A model generated the notes under the pieces. That model was not told the DNA's origin, made no database searches, and worked only from the letters and a program-made list of their open reading frames with translations. This document shows positions 41,300-53,256 of a stretch of DNA of 64,000 nucleotides, piece after piece. Made by a program: the position numbers and the translations under genes. Within the stretch, counting starts at the first letter, position 1. Every line of letters starts with the position of its first letter. The stretch comes from Pristiophorus japonicus (Eukaryota), in NCBI RefSeq assembly GCF_044704955.1, contig NC_091994.1, positions 115,320,001 to 115,384,000 of the forward strand, given 5' to 3'.

Positions 41300-41530
41300 C
41301 AATATTAGATTGAACAATATCTACCAACAAACAATTCAGCTAAACATTATATCAACCTTTACAAAATGAGCATTTTTCTTCAATACTTTTTAAACAGATT
41401 TGAAGTGAAATATTGTTAAAGTAGATTGAAATAGACTGAAGAACTAACCCTTAAATTGACAAACCTGATGTATAAAGAAATAAAAACATGTTGAAATATT
41501 CAATGGCAAAAGTGCATCGCAGGTCATTCC
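41300..41530 (-). pseudogene. Candidate untranslated last exon of the TCR-like gene (3' end undefined)
   Basis: Acceptor ttatttatttcag at 41531-41543, the first strong acceptor beyond the CR1 block downstream of the TM-exon donor; expected from TRAC/TRDC-type architecture. Confidence 0.35.
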
Positions 41531-41649
41531 CTGAAATAAATAAATTAATCAGTGATTGTTAATTAAATAATCAAATTATAAAGAAGCGACTTGCAATATA
41601 ATCAGAGAACTTGTAAAATATATCACATTTGTTCACTGTTCAGAAATGT

Positions 41650-42845
41650 TCAGATAGCAAGAGTTTCTACAGGTATATACAAAGGAAAAGAGTGGCTAAA
41701 GTAAATGTTTGTCCTTGAGAGGATGAGACCGGGGAATTAGTGATGGGGAACATGGAGATGGCAGAAACTCTGAACAAATATTTTGTATCAGTATTTACAG
41801 TATAATGTGGATAAATGTGAGGTTATCCACTTTGGTGGCAAAAACAGGATGGCAGAATATTTCTGAATGGTGACAGATTAGGAAAAGGGGAGGTGCAGCG
41901 AGACCTGGGTGTCATGGTACATCAGTCATTGAAAGTTGGCATGCAGATACAGCAGGCGGTGAAGAAGGCAAATGGCATTTTGGCCTTCATAGCGAGGGAT
42001 TTGAGTATAGGAGCAGGGAGGTCTTACTGCAGTTGTACAGGGCCTTGGTGAGGCCACACCTTGAATATTGTGTACAGTTTTGGTCTCCTAATCTGAGGAA
42101 GGACATTCTTGCTATTGAGGGAGTGCAGTTTTGGTTTCCATATTAAAGAAATGATATACTTGCTTTGGAGGCAGTTCAGGGAAGGTTCATTAGGTTGATT
42201 CTGGAGTGGAGGGGTTGATTTATGGGGAAAGGTTGAGTAGTTTTGGCCTCTACTCATTGGAGTTCAGAAGAATGAGAGGTGATCTTATCAAAATGTATAA
42301 GATTATGAGGGGGCTTGACAAGGTGGATGCAGATAGGATGTTTCCACTGATGGGGGAGACTAGAACTAGGAGTTAGTGAAGTCCTTACTACTAGGGGGAT
42401 CAAGGGGTATGGCGAGAAAGCAGGAATGGGGTACTGAAGTTGCATGTTCAGCCATGAACTCATTGAATGGTGGTGCAGGCTAGAAGGGCCGAATGGCCTA
42501 CTCCTGCACCTATTTTCTATGTTTCTATCTAGGGGACATAATCTTAGAATAAGGGGCCGCTCATTTAGAACAGAGATGAGGAGGAATTTCTTCTCTCAGA
42601 GGATTGTGGATCTGTGGAATTTGCTGCCTCAGAGAGCTGTGGAAGCTGAGTCATTGAATAAATTTAAGACAGAGATAGACAGTTTCTTAACCGATAAGGG
42701 AATAAGGGAATAAGGGGTTATGGGGAGCGGGCAGGAAAGTGGAGCTGTGTCCATGATCGGATCAGCCATGATCGTATTAAATGGTGGAGCAGGCTCGAGG
42801 GGCCGTATGGCCTACTCCTGCTCCTATTTCTTATGTTCTTATGTT
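41650..42845 (+). mobile_element. Patchwork of CR1 fragments from two subfamilies
   Basis: CR1 ORF2 pieces with two tails (about 42527 and 42845). Confidence 0.88.
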
Positions 42846-43040
42846 CTAATTTTAAATATTTTTGATGATATATTCGAGAGTTTTGCACCCAATTGTCCAC
42901 TGCAGAAAAGTAAATGTCCTCAGACAATGGAGTTTAATAGTTGAGGTAATGTTTACAGTTCAGCTCTCAACAATGTGATGTGTTACGTTCAGAAACACGG
43001 TTTGTGGTGAATATGTGAGCGTTCAAATGTTGAGCTTTAC

Positions 43041-43147
43041 CTTAGCTTGAGACCGAAATGGCTGAAGTCATCAAACCGTTGAAAACCAAAGATTTAAGAG
43101 GATTCGCAGGGAGAATATAATTACTGGAAGTGAACGTGGGATCTCGT
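43041..43147 (-). pseudogene. TCR-alpha/delta-type transmembrane exon, frameshifted
   Basis: tttcttttctatcacag acceptor; DEIPRSLPVIIFSLRIL[frameshift]KSLVFNGLMTSAISVSS*, then G|GTAAAG donor; Arg, Lys and FN..MT signature. Confidence 0.85.
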
Positions 43148-45048
43148 CTGTGATAGAAAAGAAATAAAATGCACTAGTGCAAAATTCAGAACATTAAAAC
43201 CATCATCGTGAAGAAAGACCTGGTTGGTGTAAAGCCGCGGAGTTAGGGAGGAGTTAGATGGCCGAATCTGGTGGGTTGCCAACTCTGACTGGACATATTC
43301 CTGGAGATTTCATAACATGAGCTCCCCCCTCCAACCGCCCCACCCGGCCAAACAGCCTTTCTTCGCCATCTCCAATACGTTTATAACTAATAAATAAACG
43401 TGTTCAAAGAAAATGAAAAACAAACACACCATTTTTTCTCGCGGGTATCTCGCAGAACTGACCAGGAGATGAATCTTTAATTGCCGGATACTCCAGGGCA
43501 ATTCTGGAGAGTTGGCAACCCCTAATATCTAGCGATAATCTGACAGTAGCTGGGTTTTATACAGTTACCCTACAGCCGTCGGTCAGTGAGACACCAAGAT
43601 TCCTGGTAATGTTAACAAAGAGCCCACAGGGGACCCGCTCACCAAGTGACAAACGTCACCAGTATCCTGAGGTGAACTCTGCATGTCCTTAAAGCACTCA
43701 CGCGCAAAGCTGCACTTAACTTGTTGGGACTGGCACTGTAACTCGGCTCACTCTCAGAGCACGGTTACACTCTCGCTGCCAGGGGAGCGGCTCAGCCAAC
43801 AGACCCGGGATATATTGCCAATTCCAAGTGTCCGTTTAGCCAGCGGAAACATGGACATGTCATGCACAGATCGACTCAATGTTCTTAAAATATCTGTTGA
43901 ATTTTAACATTAAAAGGTTTGTTGGGTTATCAGTTTTCTGCTAACATTAAATAAACAACTAAAAATAAAGTTTGAATCACACCACATAGTTTGTTTCAAT
44001 GTGAAGATGATAAAAATGTTCTGGACTAACCGACCTATTGAAAGGGGCGGGTCGGAAGTAAAAAAGAGCTATTCTGGTTATATTATGTAACGACAGCATT
44101 ACAGGCCATCGCTGGAGACAGTTCAGGATCAGCCCTGAAAAGACTCAGTGAAATGGCCCTGTTTGGTACCAAGCAGTGAATTAGCCTCCAGATGAAAATA
44201 TTGTAACTAACACTCAAAGCTTCTAACTCCGAGCTCTCTCAGGTTTTCTAAATTCACAACCGCCATTTCTACAGCTGCTCACCACCGCTAAAGGCGCCAT
44301 ATAGGATTAGGCAAATATTTTGGTAAATTTATCATAAAAAAGGAACACTAGTAATAAAAAAAAGACTTTCATTTATATAGCGCCTTTCAGGATCTCAGGA
44401 CGTCCCAAAGCGTTTCACAGCCAATGGAGTAGTTTGGAAGTGAAGTCACTGTTGTAATGTAGGAAAAGCGACAGACAATCTGAGGCAAATCCCACAGCAA
44501 TGTGATACCTACCAGTTTAGGTGTTGGTTGAGGGATTAATATTGGCCAGGACCCTGGGCGTACTCCCCTGCTCCCCGTCACACTTCCCGATTTGAACATA
44601 TATGGGCCCTTTATGGTCTCCGGGTTAAATGCCTGGAACTCCCTCTCTAACAGCACTGTGGGAGCACCTTCACCACACGGACTGCAGCGGTTCAAGAAGG
44701 CGACTCACCACCACCTTCTCAAGGGGCAATTAGGGATGGGCAATAAATGCCGGCCTCGCCAGCGACGCCCACATCCCCAGATGATTAATAATAAGAGACA
44801 GTATGTGTGTGTGAGATTTAGAGGCGTTTCATTTCCAATAACCAAGTTACGCGCAACAACTCGAGAAGGGAAGAACATTCGAGTTCTGGTCGATGCCACA
44901 ATTTCTCCAATTTTTTGTGTAATCCTTTGTGTTTATCACCTAGTTACCAAACGCGGTATTCGAGATTCGACTCTTTATAAACTGCGTAGAGGTGAAGCTG
45001 AAAGATTTGAAAAAGATCTCGTTGTTTAAAATATGAAGCTGGACAAAC

Positions 45049-45093
45049 CTTCATCGGAGTCGACCAGGAGACATTCCTCTCGCAGCTTCTGGG
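45049..45093 (-). pseudogene. Connecting-peptide exon with interchain Cys
   Basis: ttcttacag acceptor; 45 nt, phase 1-1; AQKLREECLLVDSDE; GTTTGT donor. Confidence 0.8.
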
Positions 45094-45394
45094 CTGTAAG
45101 AATTTACAAAGAAAGTTAAAATCCCGAAAGAATAATGATCAAAGCGCGGTTCATTAGTGAGCAAAGAATTGTCCAAAACTTTCCTTTTCTATTTGAGGAA
45201 ACAGTGCAAAGCTTGAAAAATAACAAACATTAACAAAGAGACAAATTATTGTTTGGAGGGCGAGCCTTTCCCGCTGTCAGTGATGGATTCAGGTCCTCCG
45301 TGTCCTCTATTCCAGAGTCTATCCCCGCTCCCTAACACAGCAAACAGGCAGGGCGGCGTTAGATGGCTGGGGATGTCGAGAATCCAAATGGTAT

Positions 45395-45600
45395 TAAATG
45401 TAGAAAGTGCTGAAAGTGTCAGCGGGTCAGGCAGCATCTGCGGAGAGAGAAACAGAGTTAATGTTTCAGGTCAGTGACCCGTCCTCAGAACTCTGAAACA
45501 TTAACTCTGTTTCTCTCCATAGACGCTGCCTGACCCGCTGAGCTTTCCAGCATTTCTGTTTTTATTTCAGATTCCAGCATCGCGGTATTTTGCTTTTGTA
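45395..45600. mobile_element. Palindromic short interspersed repeat
   Basis: cagcgggtcaggcagcatct...gagagaaacagagttaatgtttcag mirrored by ctgaaacattaactctgtttctctc...gctgcctgacccgctg; related arms at about 51860-52170, 53780-53860, 63900-63980. Confidence 0.8.
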
Positions 45601-45756
45601 TTTGTACTAAATATATTTTGCCATTTGTATTACCCTTACATTAGTATGTGCCCGTGTAATTGCAAGACTTTGCTTTATATAGTATCATTATTACCACTCG
45701 TTATTTTAGCAGAGGGAGATTTAGTGAGACCATGCCATTATAGAATTTAAACCAAC

Positions 45757-46079
45757 CTCTGTCTTTTGACATGTCTGATGATACAGTTCTCACAGAGCGA
45801 GGCGGATCCGCTTGGCCGGTGTATGAGTTTCCAGCGTCTCAGCTTTGAACCGTGGCCGATGTTTGACTGTCTAGACTGTAATAGCCATCTCGGCCCACCG
45901 CCGCACCGAACTGCAGGCGACTCCCGCCGATAGGCGACTGGCCGGAAACATTCCAGGTGACTGTCAGCGAGTCCGGGTAAAACGATGTCAATAAACCGCT
46001 GAGGCTCGCACTCGGCCCTCCCTCAACACCGGCAGCAGGGGGCGGCAGGATAAACACAGAGGGGCACTGCTCGCGTGAC
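45757..46079 (-). pseudogene. Ig-superfamily C1 constant-domain exon (disabled)
   Basis: PSVFILPP...ASLSGLLTSFYPDSLTVTW...DGYYSLDSQ...S*DAGNSYTGQA; ttgcag acceptor, G|GTTGGT donor; TGA at 45839-45841; 323 nt, one short of a phase 1-1 exon. Confidence 0.9.
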
Positions 46080-48181
46080 CTGCAAATATTCCAACAGCAT
46101 CCGTCAGCAGAAAAACAGTTTCCAAATCAAAAACTTGTAATGAAAGAAATGGTGACGCGCCAACGGAATATTGCCGACATCAGTAACCATGTGGTGGAAT
46201 ATTCCTCCCAGAAAGTGATTTAGAGAAAGACTCCTATTTAAATAACGCTACTTTGCAACCAATGAATTAGAACTAATTCTGGTCAAACATTGCATCAGCA
46301 TTGTCACAGAAATGCCATCAAATCTTGCAATGTGACCCATGTAGATGCAGTGTCTGTTCCCGCTTTGTTACATAGGATCATTTTTCTCATTCATGCACTG
46401 CGTTCAGATGTGACGCTTTATTTATAAATTGCAGTGTCCTTTCTATTGCCAATTCTTGAGAAAATTGAATGGAATTGAATGAGAATTAGTCTGGATAACC
46501 TATTCCGTTAAAAGATTATAACTAACCCTGAATAATTGAAGACCTGTAAAAGTCCGCAGATATCACTTTAAGGATGTGCCGATATTAATATTACCCAAAG
46601 TTAAATCGTAATTAGTAAACTATCAGAAAACTATCAGAAAATCCCGACCCTTGAGGTTTCATCACTTTTAGGAAACTATTTTCATTGTATTTGCTTCAGA
46701 TTATTAACGGTGACGGATTTAATACAACATTTGATATTTGCAAAAATTCGATCAAGACATTCCAGGAATACTGACATCTAATGACGTTATTTTCTTGTTT
46801 GGAAACTTTATATGAAGTATTGGATAAAGTAATATTGCTGATTGCATATACAGAGAAAGCCAGTCTAAAGCACAATTGGATGAGTTCATAGAAATTATTT
46901 ATAAAGTCATTAAACGGTATTAAAGGGTTAAGTTAATATACTTGGAGTTAGTCTATCGGTTTATACACCGAGAGAATAGCCGATTCCAGGCGCCGGTTAA
47001 ATCTCTGGCACCTGGGAAATATTACTGTCGGCAGATGCGAATATTCTGACAGGAAAATGCGGAAAATATTCAAATATTTTTCCTCAGATCGTTCATGGGA
47101 TCTGCTGTTTAGTTTTTAGGGGAATCGTGGCAAAAAAATTAAAACTGATCACTTAATGATTACTGAAGGACAAATTTTAGGTTAATTCAATAAAAGCCAT
47201 TTTCTAAATTAAAAGCCCCGATTAAACTGAACTTCTAATGACCCTTTACCGCAGGAGCATAGAGCTTGGGGATGGACGGAGCGAACAGAGGAATGTTGTG
47301 TGTAATGGAATAAAGGGTTATGGGGAGCGGGCAGGGTAGTGGAGCTGAGTCCATGATCAGATCAGCCATGATCTTATTGAATGGAGGAGCAGACTCGAGG
47401 GGTCAGGTGGTCTACTCCTGCTCCTATTTCTTATGTTATTATGTTCTTAATATAGGAACATCTTCTTTTGAATGCACTTAGTGCCCAGAGTAATTCCACA
47501 ACTCCTACCCCTGGAAATTTCCTGCATAGTACTTTTATTCCCGCCAGTACTGTGAAAGGAAGACGGGCCAAGACAGATGGTTTGTGCAAAAAAGCTGCTT
47601 TCAAATACAGTGCTTGCCATTAAACTGTTGATCATTACTATAAAGACCTTAAGTGTGTATTTAATATCATTGCCGAACATAAGAGCAAATAAGACGAAAA
47701 GGAATGCACAAACTAAAAAATGGAAAGTACTCTGATGTAGCATAATTCTCCAGACTTCTCTAAAGTACTGCCACTTGTGTGTGTGTGTGGAATATATTGG
47801 AGAGGGGTGCGGGAGGACCAGGGGTAAGAAACAGACACATATGCATAGATTCATAGAAATTTACAACACGGAAGGAGGCCATTCGGCCCATCATGTCCGC
47901 GCCGGCCGACTAAGAACTATCCAGCCTAATCCCACTTTCCAGCTCTTGGTCCGTAGCCCTGTAGGTTACGGCACTTCAAGCGCACATCCAAGTACTTTTT
48001 AAATGTGCTGAGGGTTTCTGCCTCTACCACCCTTTCAGGCAGTGAGTTCCAGACCCCTACCACCCTGTGGGTGAAGAAATTTCCCCTCAAATCCCCTCTA
48101 AACCTCCCACCAATTAATTAAAATCTATATCCTCTAGTCCTCTGCCAATAACATAATGGCATTTTACAAAGTATCAGGTAA

Positions 48182-48600
48182 TCATCATAGGCAGTCCCTC
48201 GAAGCAAGGATGACTTGCTTCAACACCAAAAAGGGATGAGTTCACAGGTGTTTCAATGAAGGACCTAATATTCCATATCCCGAACTACACCCTGAAGGGT
48301 GGAAGATTCCTGTGCGTGGATTTTTTTTAACGTGTGGTGACCGTTGCACACCAGCCACACACCAGCTTGACAGAGCTAGGTCTTGATCCAGTTGCAAGGA
48401 TTAACCAGGACCGAGTGCGTGCACATATCGCAGTGTGGGCTGGCCCATGCTGCCCCTGGGCCCTCGCCTCTTCTGGGCCCCAAACTCACGCATCACCTGG
48501 GCCTGGATCATGTCGCTCGATGATCTCTCGCCACTCCTGCGCCCTGACCTCGCTGCTCCAGCTGTGTCTGCCCATGCTCCAATCAGCGACCTGGACCTTG
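48182..48600 (-). mobile_element. RTE-tail-bearing repeat (related tail at about 51130-51408, +)
   Basis: atcatcataggcagtccctcg..gatgacttgctt shared with the RTE end at 29918. Confidence 0.6.
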
Positions 48601-48691
48601 GTTAACATCTTGTATAGCAGCTAGAATGGAATAATTAGCTCCAGCTTTTGATAACTGGTTCCTGTTCTAATACTTTCATTGTTGGGGATTA

Positions 48692-49355
48692 CATAAGAAC
48701 AGCAGAAATAGGAGCAGGAGTAGGCCATTTGGCCCCTCGAGCCTGCTACGCCATTCAATACGATCATGGCTGATCTGATCATGGATTCAGCTCCACTTCC
48801 CTGCCCGCTTCCCGTAACCCTTTATTCCCTTATCACTCAAAAATCTGTCTATCTCCGCCTTAAATATATTCAATGACCCAACCTCCACAGCTCTCTGGAG
48901 CAGAGAATTCCATTGATTTACAACCCTCTGAGAGAAGAAATTTCTCCTCATCTCAGTTTTAATGGACAGTTCCTTATTCTAAGACTATGTCCCCTAGTTT
49001 TAGTTTCCCCTATGAATGGAAATATCCTCTCTGCATTCACCTTTTCTAAACCCCCTCATTATCTTATATGTTTCAATAAGATCGCCTCTCATTCTTCTGA
49101 ACTCCACTGTGTACAGGCCCAACCTGCTCAACCTATACTCATAAGTTAACCTCCTCAAATCCAGAATCAACCTAGTGAACCTTCTCTGAACAGCCTCCAA
49201 TGCAAGTATATCCTTCCTTAAATATGGAGACCAAAACTGCATGCAGTATTCTAGGTGTGGCCTCAGCAATACCCTGTACAATTGTAGCAGGACTTCTCTG
49301 CTGTTATACTCTATACCTCTTGCAATAAAGGCCAACATTCCATTTGCCTTCCTGA
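48692..49355 (-). mobile_element. CR1 3' fragment
   Basis: ORF 49000..49365 with RKANGML, RPHLEYC. Confidence 0.9.
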
Positions 49356-49647
49356 TTGTTGACACAGTTCAGCGTTTTACAAATTCAAAGGGAGCGAGAG
49401 AGGTGAAATCACAAGTCAAGATGCACAAAAGGCAATTGGGGCCCTGGAAGCTCTCCCACTGAAATCCCAAAGTCTTGCATTTTTATATCAGTCTGCGTTT
49501 TGAAGGTTTCTAATATGTTTCTCTCTGCTACCCACCTGCAGAATATTTAAACCACTTATCTTTCATTAACGAAGAAAATTGTCTCTAATTTAATTTTCAT
49601 TTATTTATTAAAGTATTATGGTCTAATTTAATGTATGTTTCACTAAC

Positions 49648-49719
49648 TGGCCACATTGACTTCAACATCGGTGTTTTGGCGAAGATTTGAGTGCACATTG
49701 ATTCAAATATAGTAAAACT
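49648..49719 (-). pseudogene. Degenerate J-like segment with decayed 12-type RSS
   Basis: Heptamer CACATTG (49694-49700, + reading) and nonamer-like AGTAAAACT 10 nt away; coding TQIFAK[-1]TDVEVNVA then phase-1 GTTAGT donor; FGxG glycines are not intact. Confidence 0.45.
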
Positions 49720-50074
49720 GAGAGTCAGTGCAGGATTTGACTTCTGCCCACACCTAAACCTCAAAAATAACATCCTCGAGCCTTCTGTCCTTACTAACTA
49801 CAGCCCCATCGCCAACCTTCTGGTCCTCTCCAAAGTCCTTGCACCTCTTCAGCCAGCAGTTAAGAGACAACCGTGTTTTTGTGGGACTGGAGTCACTTAT
49901 AAACCAGGGTTCCTTACCCAAAGGACATTAGTGAATCCGATAGGTTGGTATTAACTTTTTTAAAATGTCGAGTTATTTATTTAACCTGACTTCAAATTCT
50001 CAAAATACCATGGTGGGATTAGGCTGGATAGCCGAATGGCCTTCTCTGTGCTGTAAATGTGTATGAGTCTATGG

Positions 50075-50345
50075 ACACACAGCCCAACACTGACATCAAC
50101 ACACAGCCCAACACTGGCAGCAACACACAGCCCAACACTGACATCAACACACAGCCCAACACTGGCAGCAACACACAGTCCAACACTGGCATCAACACAC
50201 AACCCAACCCTGACATCAACACACAGTCCAACACTGACATCAACACACAGTCCAACACTGACATCAACACACAGTCCAACACTGATATCAACACACAGTC
50301 CAACACTGGCATCAACACACAGTCCAACACTGGCATCAACACACA
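50075..50345. repeat. 24-bp minisatellite, about 11 copies
   Basis: acacacagtccaacactgacatca variants. Confidence 0.95.
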
Positions 50346-52663
50346 GATTTTCCAGCAATGCCCGCTCGATATTTTATTAAAGAGGCGGATAGAAGTTGGT
50401 TATTTTATTGTGTAAGATGGTTTGAGACCATGTTCCTGTTTGTGATATCCTTATTTGAAATTGGATTTGTGTGAATAGGCTGTTTATTCAAACAATCCGT
50501 TTCCACAGCCGGATGATTGGTTTAGGGAATTTATTCAGAGTGACTGGAATATTTGCATGACGCTTTTTGAAGCGATGACTAATTTGGCACAAGTTTTAGA
50601 CAGATCCTAATTCCAAACAACATTGGCACAGAGAAACCCCAGCCCGGACCACTCCCTCTCACCCGCAGGATTCACACATAGAATGGTTTGAACATCATGA
50701 TTTTATCGCACTTAACCAATGTCCATGAAACAGCAGTCGGGGTCACTCTGGGATTAGTCTGGTTTGCCAGCTCTGCTCCGGGTCCGTGTAGCTGGACCTT
50801 GGCACAACAACCCGCCCAGTCCCAGAACCGTAACTGTAATTGGATGAGAGGCCCCATCTGCCCTCTCAGGTGGACACAAAAGATCTTGCTGTTCTGGTCA
50901 ATATTTATCCCTTGATCAATATCACCAAAACAGATGATCTGGTCATTATCCTATTGCTATTTGTGGGATCTTGCTGTGTGCACATTGGCTATCGGCTTTC
51001 TCTACATTACAACGGCGACTACACTTCAAAAGTACATCATTGGCTCTTAAACGCTTTGGGGTCTCCTGAGGTTGTGAAGGGCGCTATAGAAATGCAGAGT
51101 TCTCAGCTCCCTCCTAACCCTGGTCTCAGTCTGGAGTGGTGACCCTAAGTGGAGGAAGTACATCCGGGAGGGCACTGAGCACCTCGAGTCTCAATGCCGA
51201 GAGCATGCAGAAATCAAGCGCAGGCAGCGGAAAGAGAGTGCGGCAAACCAGACTCCCTGCCCACCCTTTCCCTCAACGACTCTCTGTCCCACCTGTGACA
51301 GGGACTGTGGCTTTCGGATTGGACTGGTCAGCCACCTAAGGACTCATTCTAGGAGTGGAAGCAAGTCTTCCTCGATTCCGAGGGACTGCCTATGATGATG
51401 ATGATGATTTAAACAGCCATTGGATTCAATGCCCTGAGGCAGGAAGCAGAGTTCTGAACATGCGCAGTTAAACCTCTGTGCAGGCTGGCTTTACCCAAAC
51501 TCTGGCGAAATGTTCATCTCTTCTCAATCGCTAATTAGCATGATTGCATCCGCATGCAAAAGTAAGTTAACAAAAGAGCCTCCTTTTTAAAAGTGGGACA
51601 AACAATAAATACCAAATTTAAATAAAAACAAAGGAAACTTGTCAAATTAAATCCCAATATTGTTGCAGGCGTCGACAAGCTGCCTGCAGTGCGCGGACCC
51701 CGGGCGCTCTCTCTCCAGGAGGCGAAATGTCTGAAGTTCGGAAAGACCTGACTCTGCTGGGAATCCCTTTCCAGGTTTAGAAACTGGTGCTGCTGGGCCC
51801 GGGGCCGCTTTGCTCTGGAGAAAAGGAGCGTCAGATGAGGGAGTCCAGACAGACCGGTATAAAACGAGAAAGTGCTGGAAATCCTCAGCGGGTCAGGCAG
51901 CACCTGTGGAGAGAGAGACAGAGCTAATGTTTCAGGCCCATGGCCCTTCAGATGTTGCTGTGGGCGAACAGCAGAGAAGGGGTATGTTTGGGAGCCGAGC
52001 GGCCTGTGCTCCAGGCGGAGGGAGCACAGTGAGATAATACCGTCTCACCTGGCGGTGTGAAGCTAAGGGAGGAACTTGCGGGGCTCCGCAAGGTTGCTGA
52101 GAACAAAACTCACCTGTCCTCCACAGATTCGGACTGACCTGTTGAGTGCTTGCAGCAGTTTCTGTTTTTGTTCCTTGGAACTAGGTTTATGACTTTCTGG
52201 AAGTTCTCGTTGGATTTTTGATGTCTGATCACTATTCACTGAATCACATTCACCAATATGGAAAACCTGTCTCATAGATTTGATGGAGGTGTTTAAAACC
52301 ATGACAGGGTTTTGATGGAGTAAATAAGGAGAAGCGGTTTCCAATGGCAGGGGGGTTGGTAACAGAGGAGCGGGAGTTGAGAATTTTTTTTACACAGCGA
52401 GTTTTGTGATCTGGAAAGCGCTGCCTAACAGGGTGGTGAAAATAGATACAATAATAACCTTAAACATGAAATTGGTAAAAACTTGAAGCCGAATTTCGGT
52501 GCGATGGGGAAAGAGCAGGGGCGTTGGATACATTGGATAGATCTGTTAAAGAGCATAGCACCAAGGTCCCAATGACCTCCTCCTGTGCTGTGTCATTCTA
52601 TTATTCTATGAATCTATGACATGACGATAAAATGCCTGCAAATAGGCCGACTACGCCCGGTTG

Positions 52664-52701
52664 GGATTTTGTGTGCAATCTCGTCTGTTTGCACCGCTGT
52701 G
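52664..52701 (-). other. Recombination signal sequence (23-class, 22-bp spacer)
   Basis: CACAGCG + 22 nt + ACAAAATCC directly after the V coding end. Confidence 0.9.
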
Positions 52702-53003
52702 GGAAACTAGCAGCGCAGAAATACACGGCGCTGTCGCCCAGGCGGAGCGAGGTTAAAATCAGGCTGCAGTTCCGAACCCTGGTCCAGAAACATTGAACCT
52801 TGCGGGAATTTCCAAAGTGCTCTGCCTCTGTGCTCCATATGTTTGTTGGGAATAGACGATGAAATGGAAGCTTTCCCCCGGAACCTGCCTGTACCAGTAC
52901 ATGTAATCCCAGGAAGCGCTCTGTCCGCAGTTTAGTTCCACAGCCTGTCCCACAAACACTGTGGCAGCAGGAGATTGTGTGACAATATTCTCAGGAGCGG
53001 TGC
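52702..53003 (-). pseudogene. TCR V-beta-like V exon with one frameshift
   Basis: ENIVTQSP...VELNCGQSASWDYMYWYRQVPG...RFNVSGPG[-1]RNCSLILTSLRLGDSAVYFCAASF; tattcag acceptor. Confidence 0.92.
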
Positions 53004-53167
53004 CTGAATAATGAAAACATTCAATCAGTTGCTGAAACTCTGCCTCAAAAAGTGTTATTATAAACCAAATTATTTCCTCACAGTCACTGGAAGATTAACT
53101 TCTTAAATAAACAGCAATCTACAGTCGAGTGGGGTGTTAAGCCCCGCTGCCCCACTAAAGTACTCAC

Positions 53168-53216
53168 TTGCCCAGGACAGAACGATGAGGGAAATGAGTA
53201 GAGTCGGCAGCATCAT
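53168..53216 (-). pseudogene. Leader exon of the V gene
   Basis: MMLPTLLISLIVLSWA, 49 nt, GTGAGT donor; phase 1 matches the V exon. Confidence 0.88.
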
Positions 53217-53250
53217 TTCCGAGCGGTGACACTGGGACAGTGAGAGCTCC

Positions 53251-53256
53251 TTTATA
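53251..53256 (-). promoter_or_regulatory. TATA box of the V promoter
   Basis: TATAAA about 35 nt upstream of the leader ATG. Confidence 0.6.

Noticed and set aside
47245-47300. Second J-like segment (LFAPSIPKLYAPA + GTAAAG donor, minus strand)
   Set aside because: No FGxG motif and no RSS visible; abuts a CR1 tail.
49981-50415. Repetitive ORFs / CRISPR-like array
   Set aside because: Plain 24-bp minisatellite with no unique spacers; eukaryotic context.
50551-50558. Octamer ATTTGCAT between V and J
   Set aside because: A single short motif that also occurs elsewhere in the window (about 39892 and 62101); insufficient on its own.
51281-51310. D-beta-like GGGACAG on the minus strand
   Set aside because: Part of an RTE C-terminal zinc-finger sequence; no flanking RSS pair.
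52025-52031. Perfect CACAGTG heptamer between V and J
   Set aside because: No nonamer at 12 or 23 spacing; lies within a repeat.
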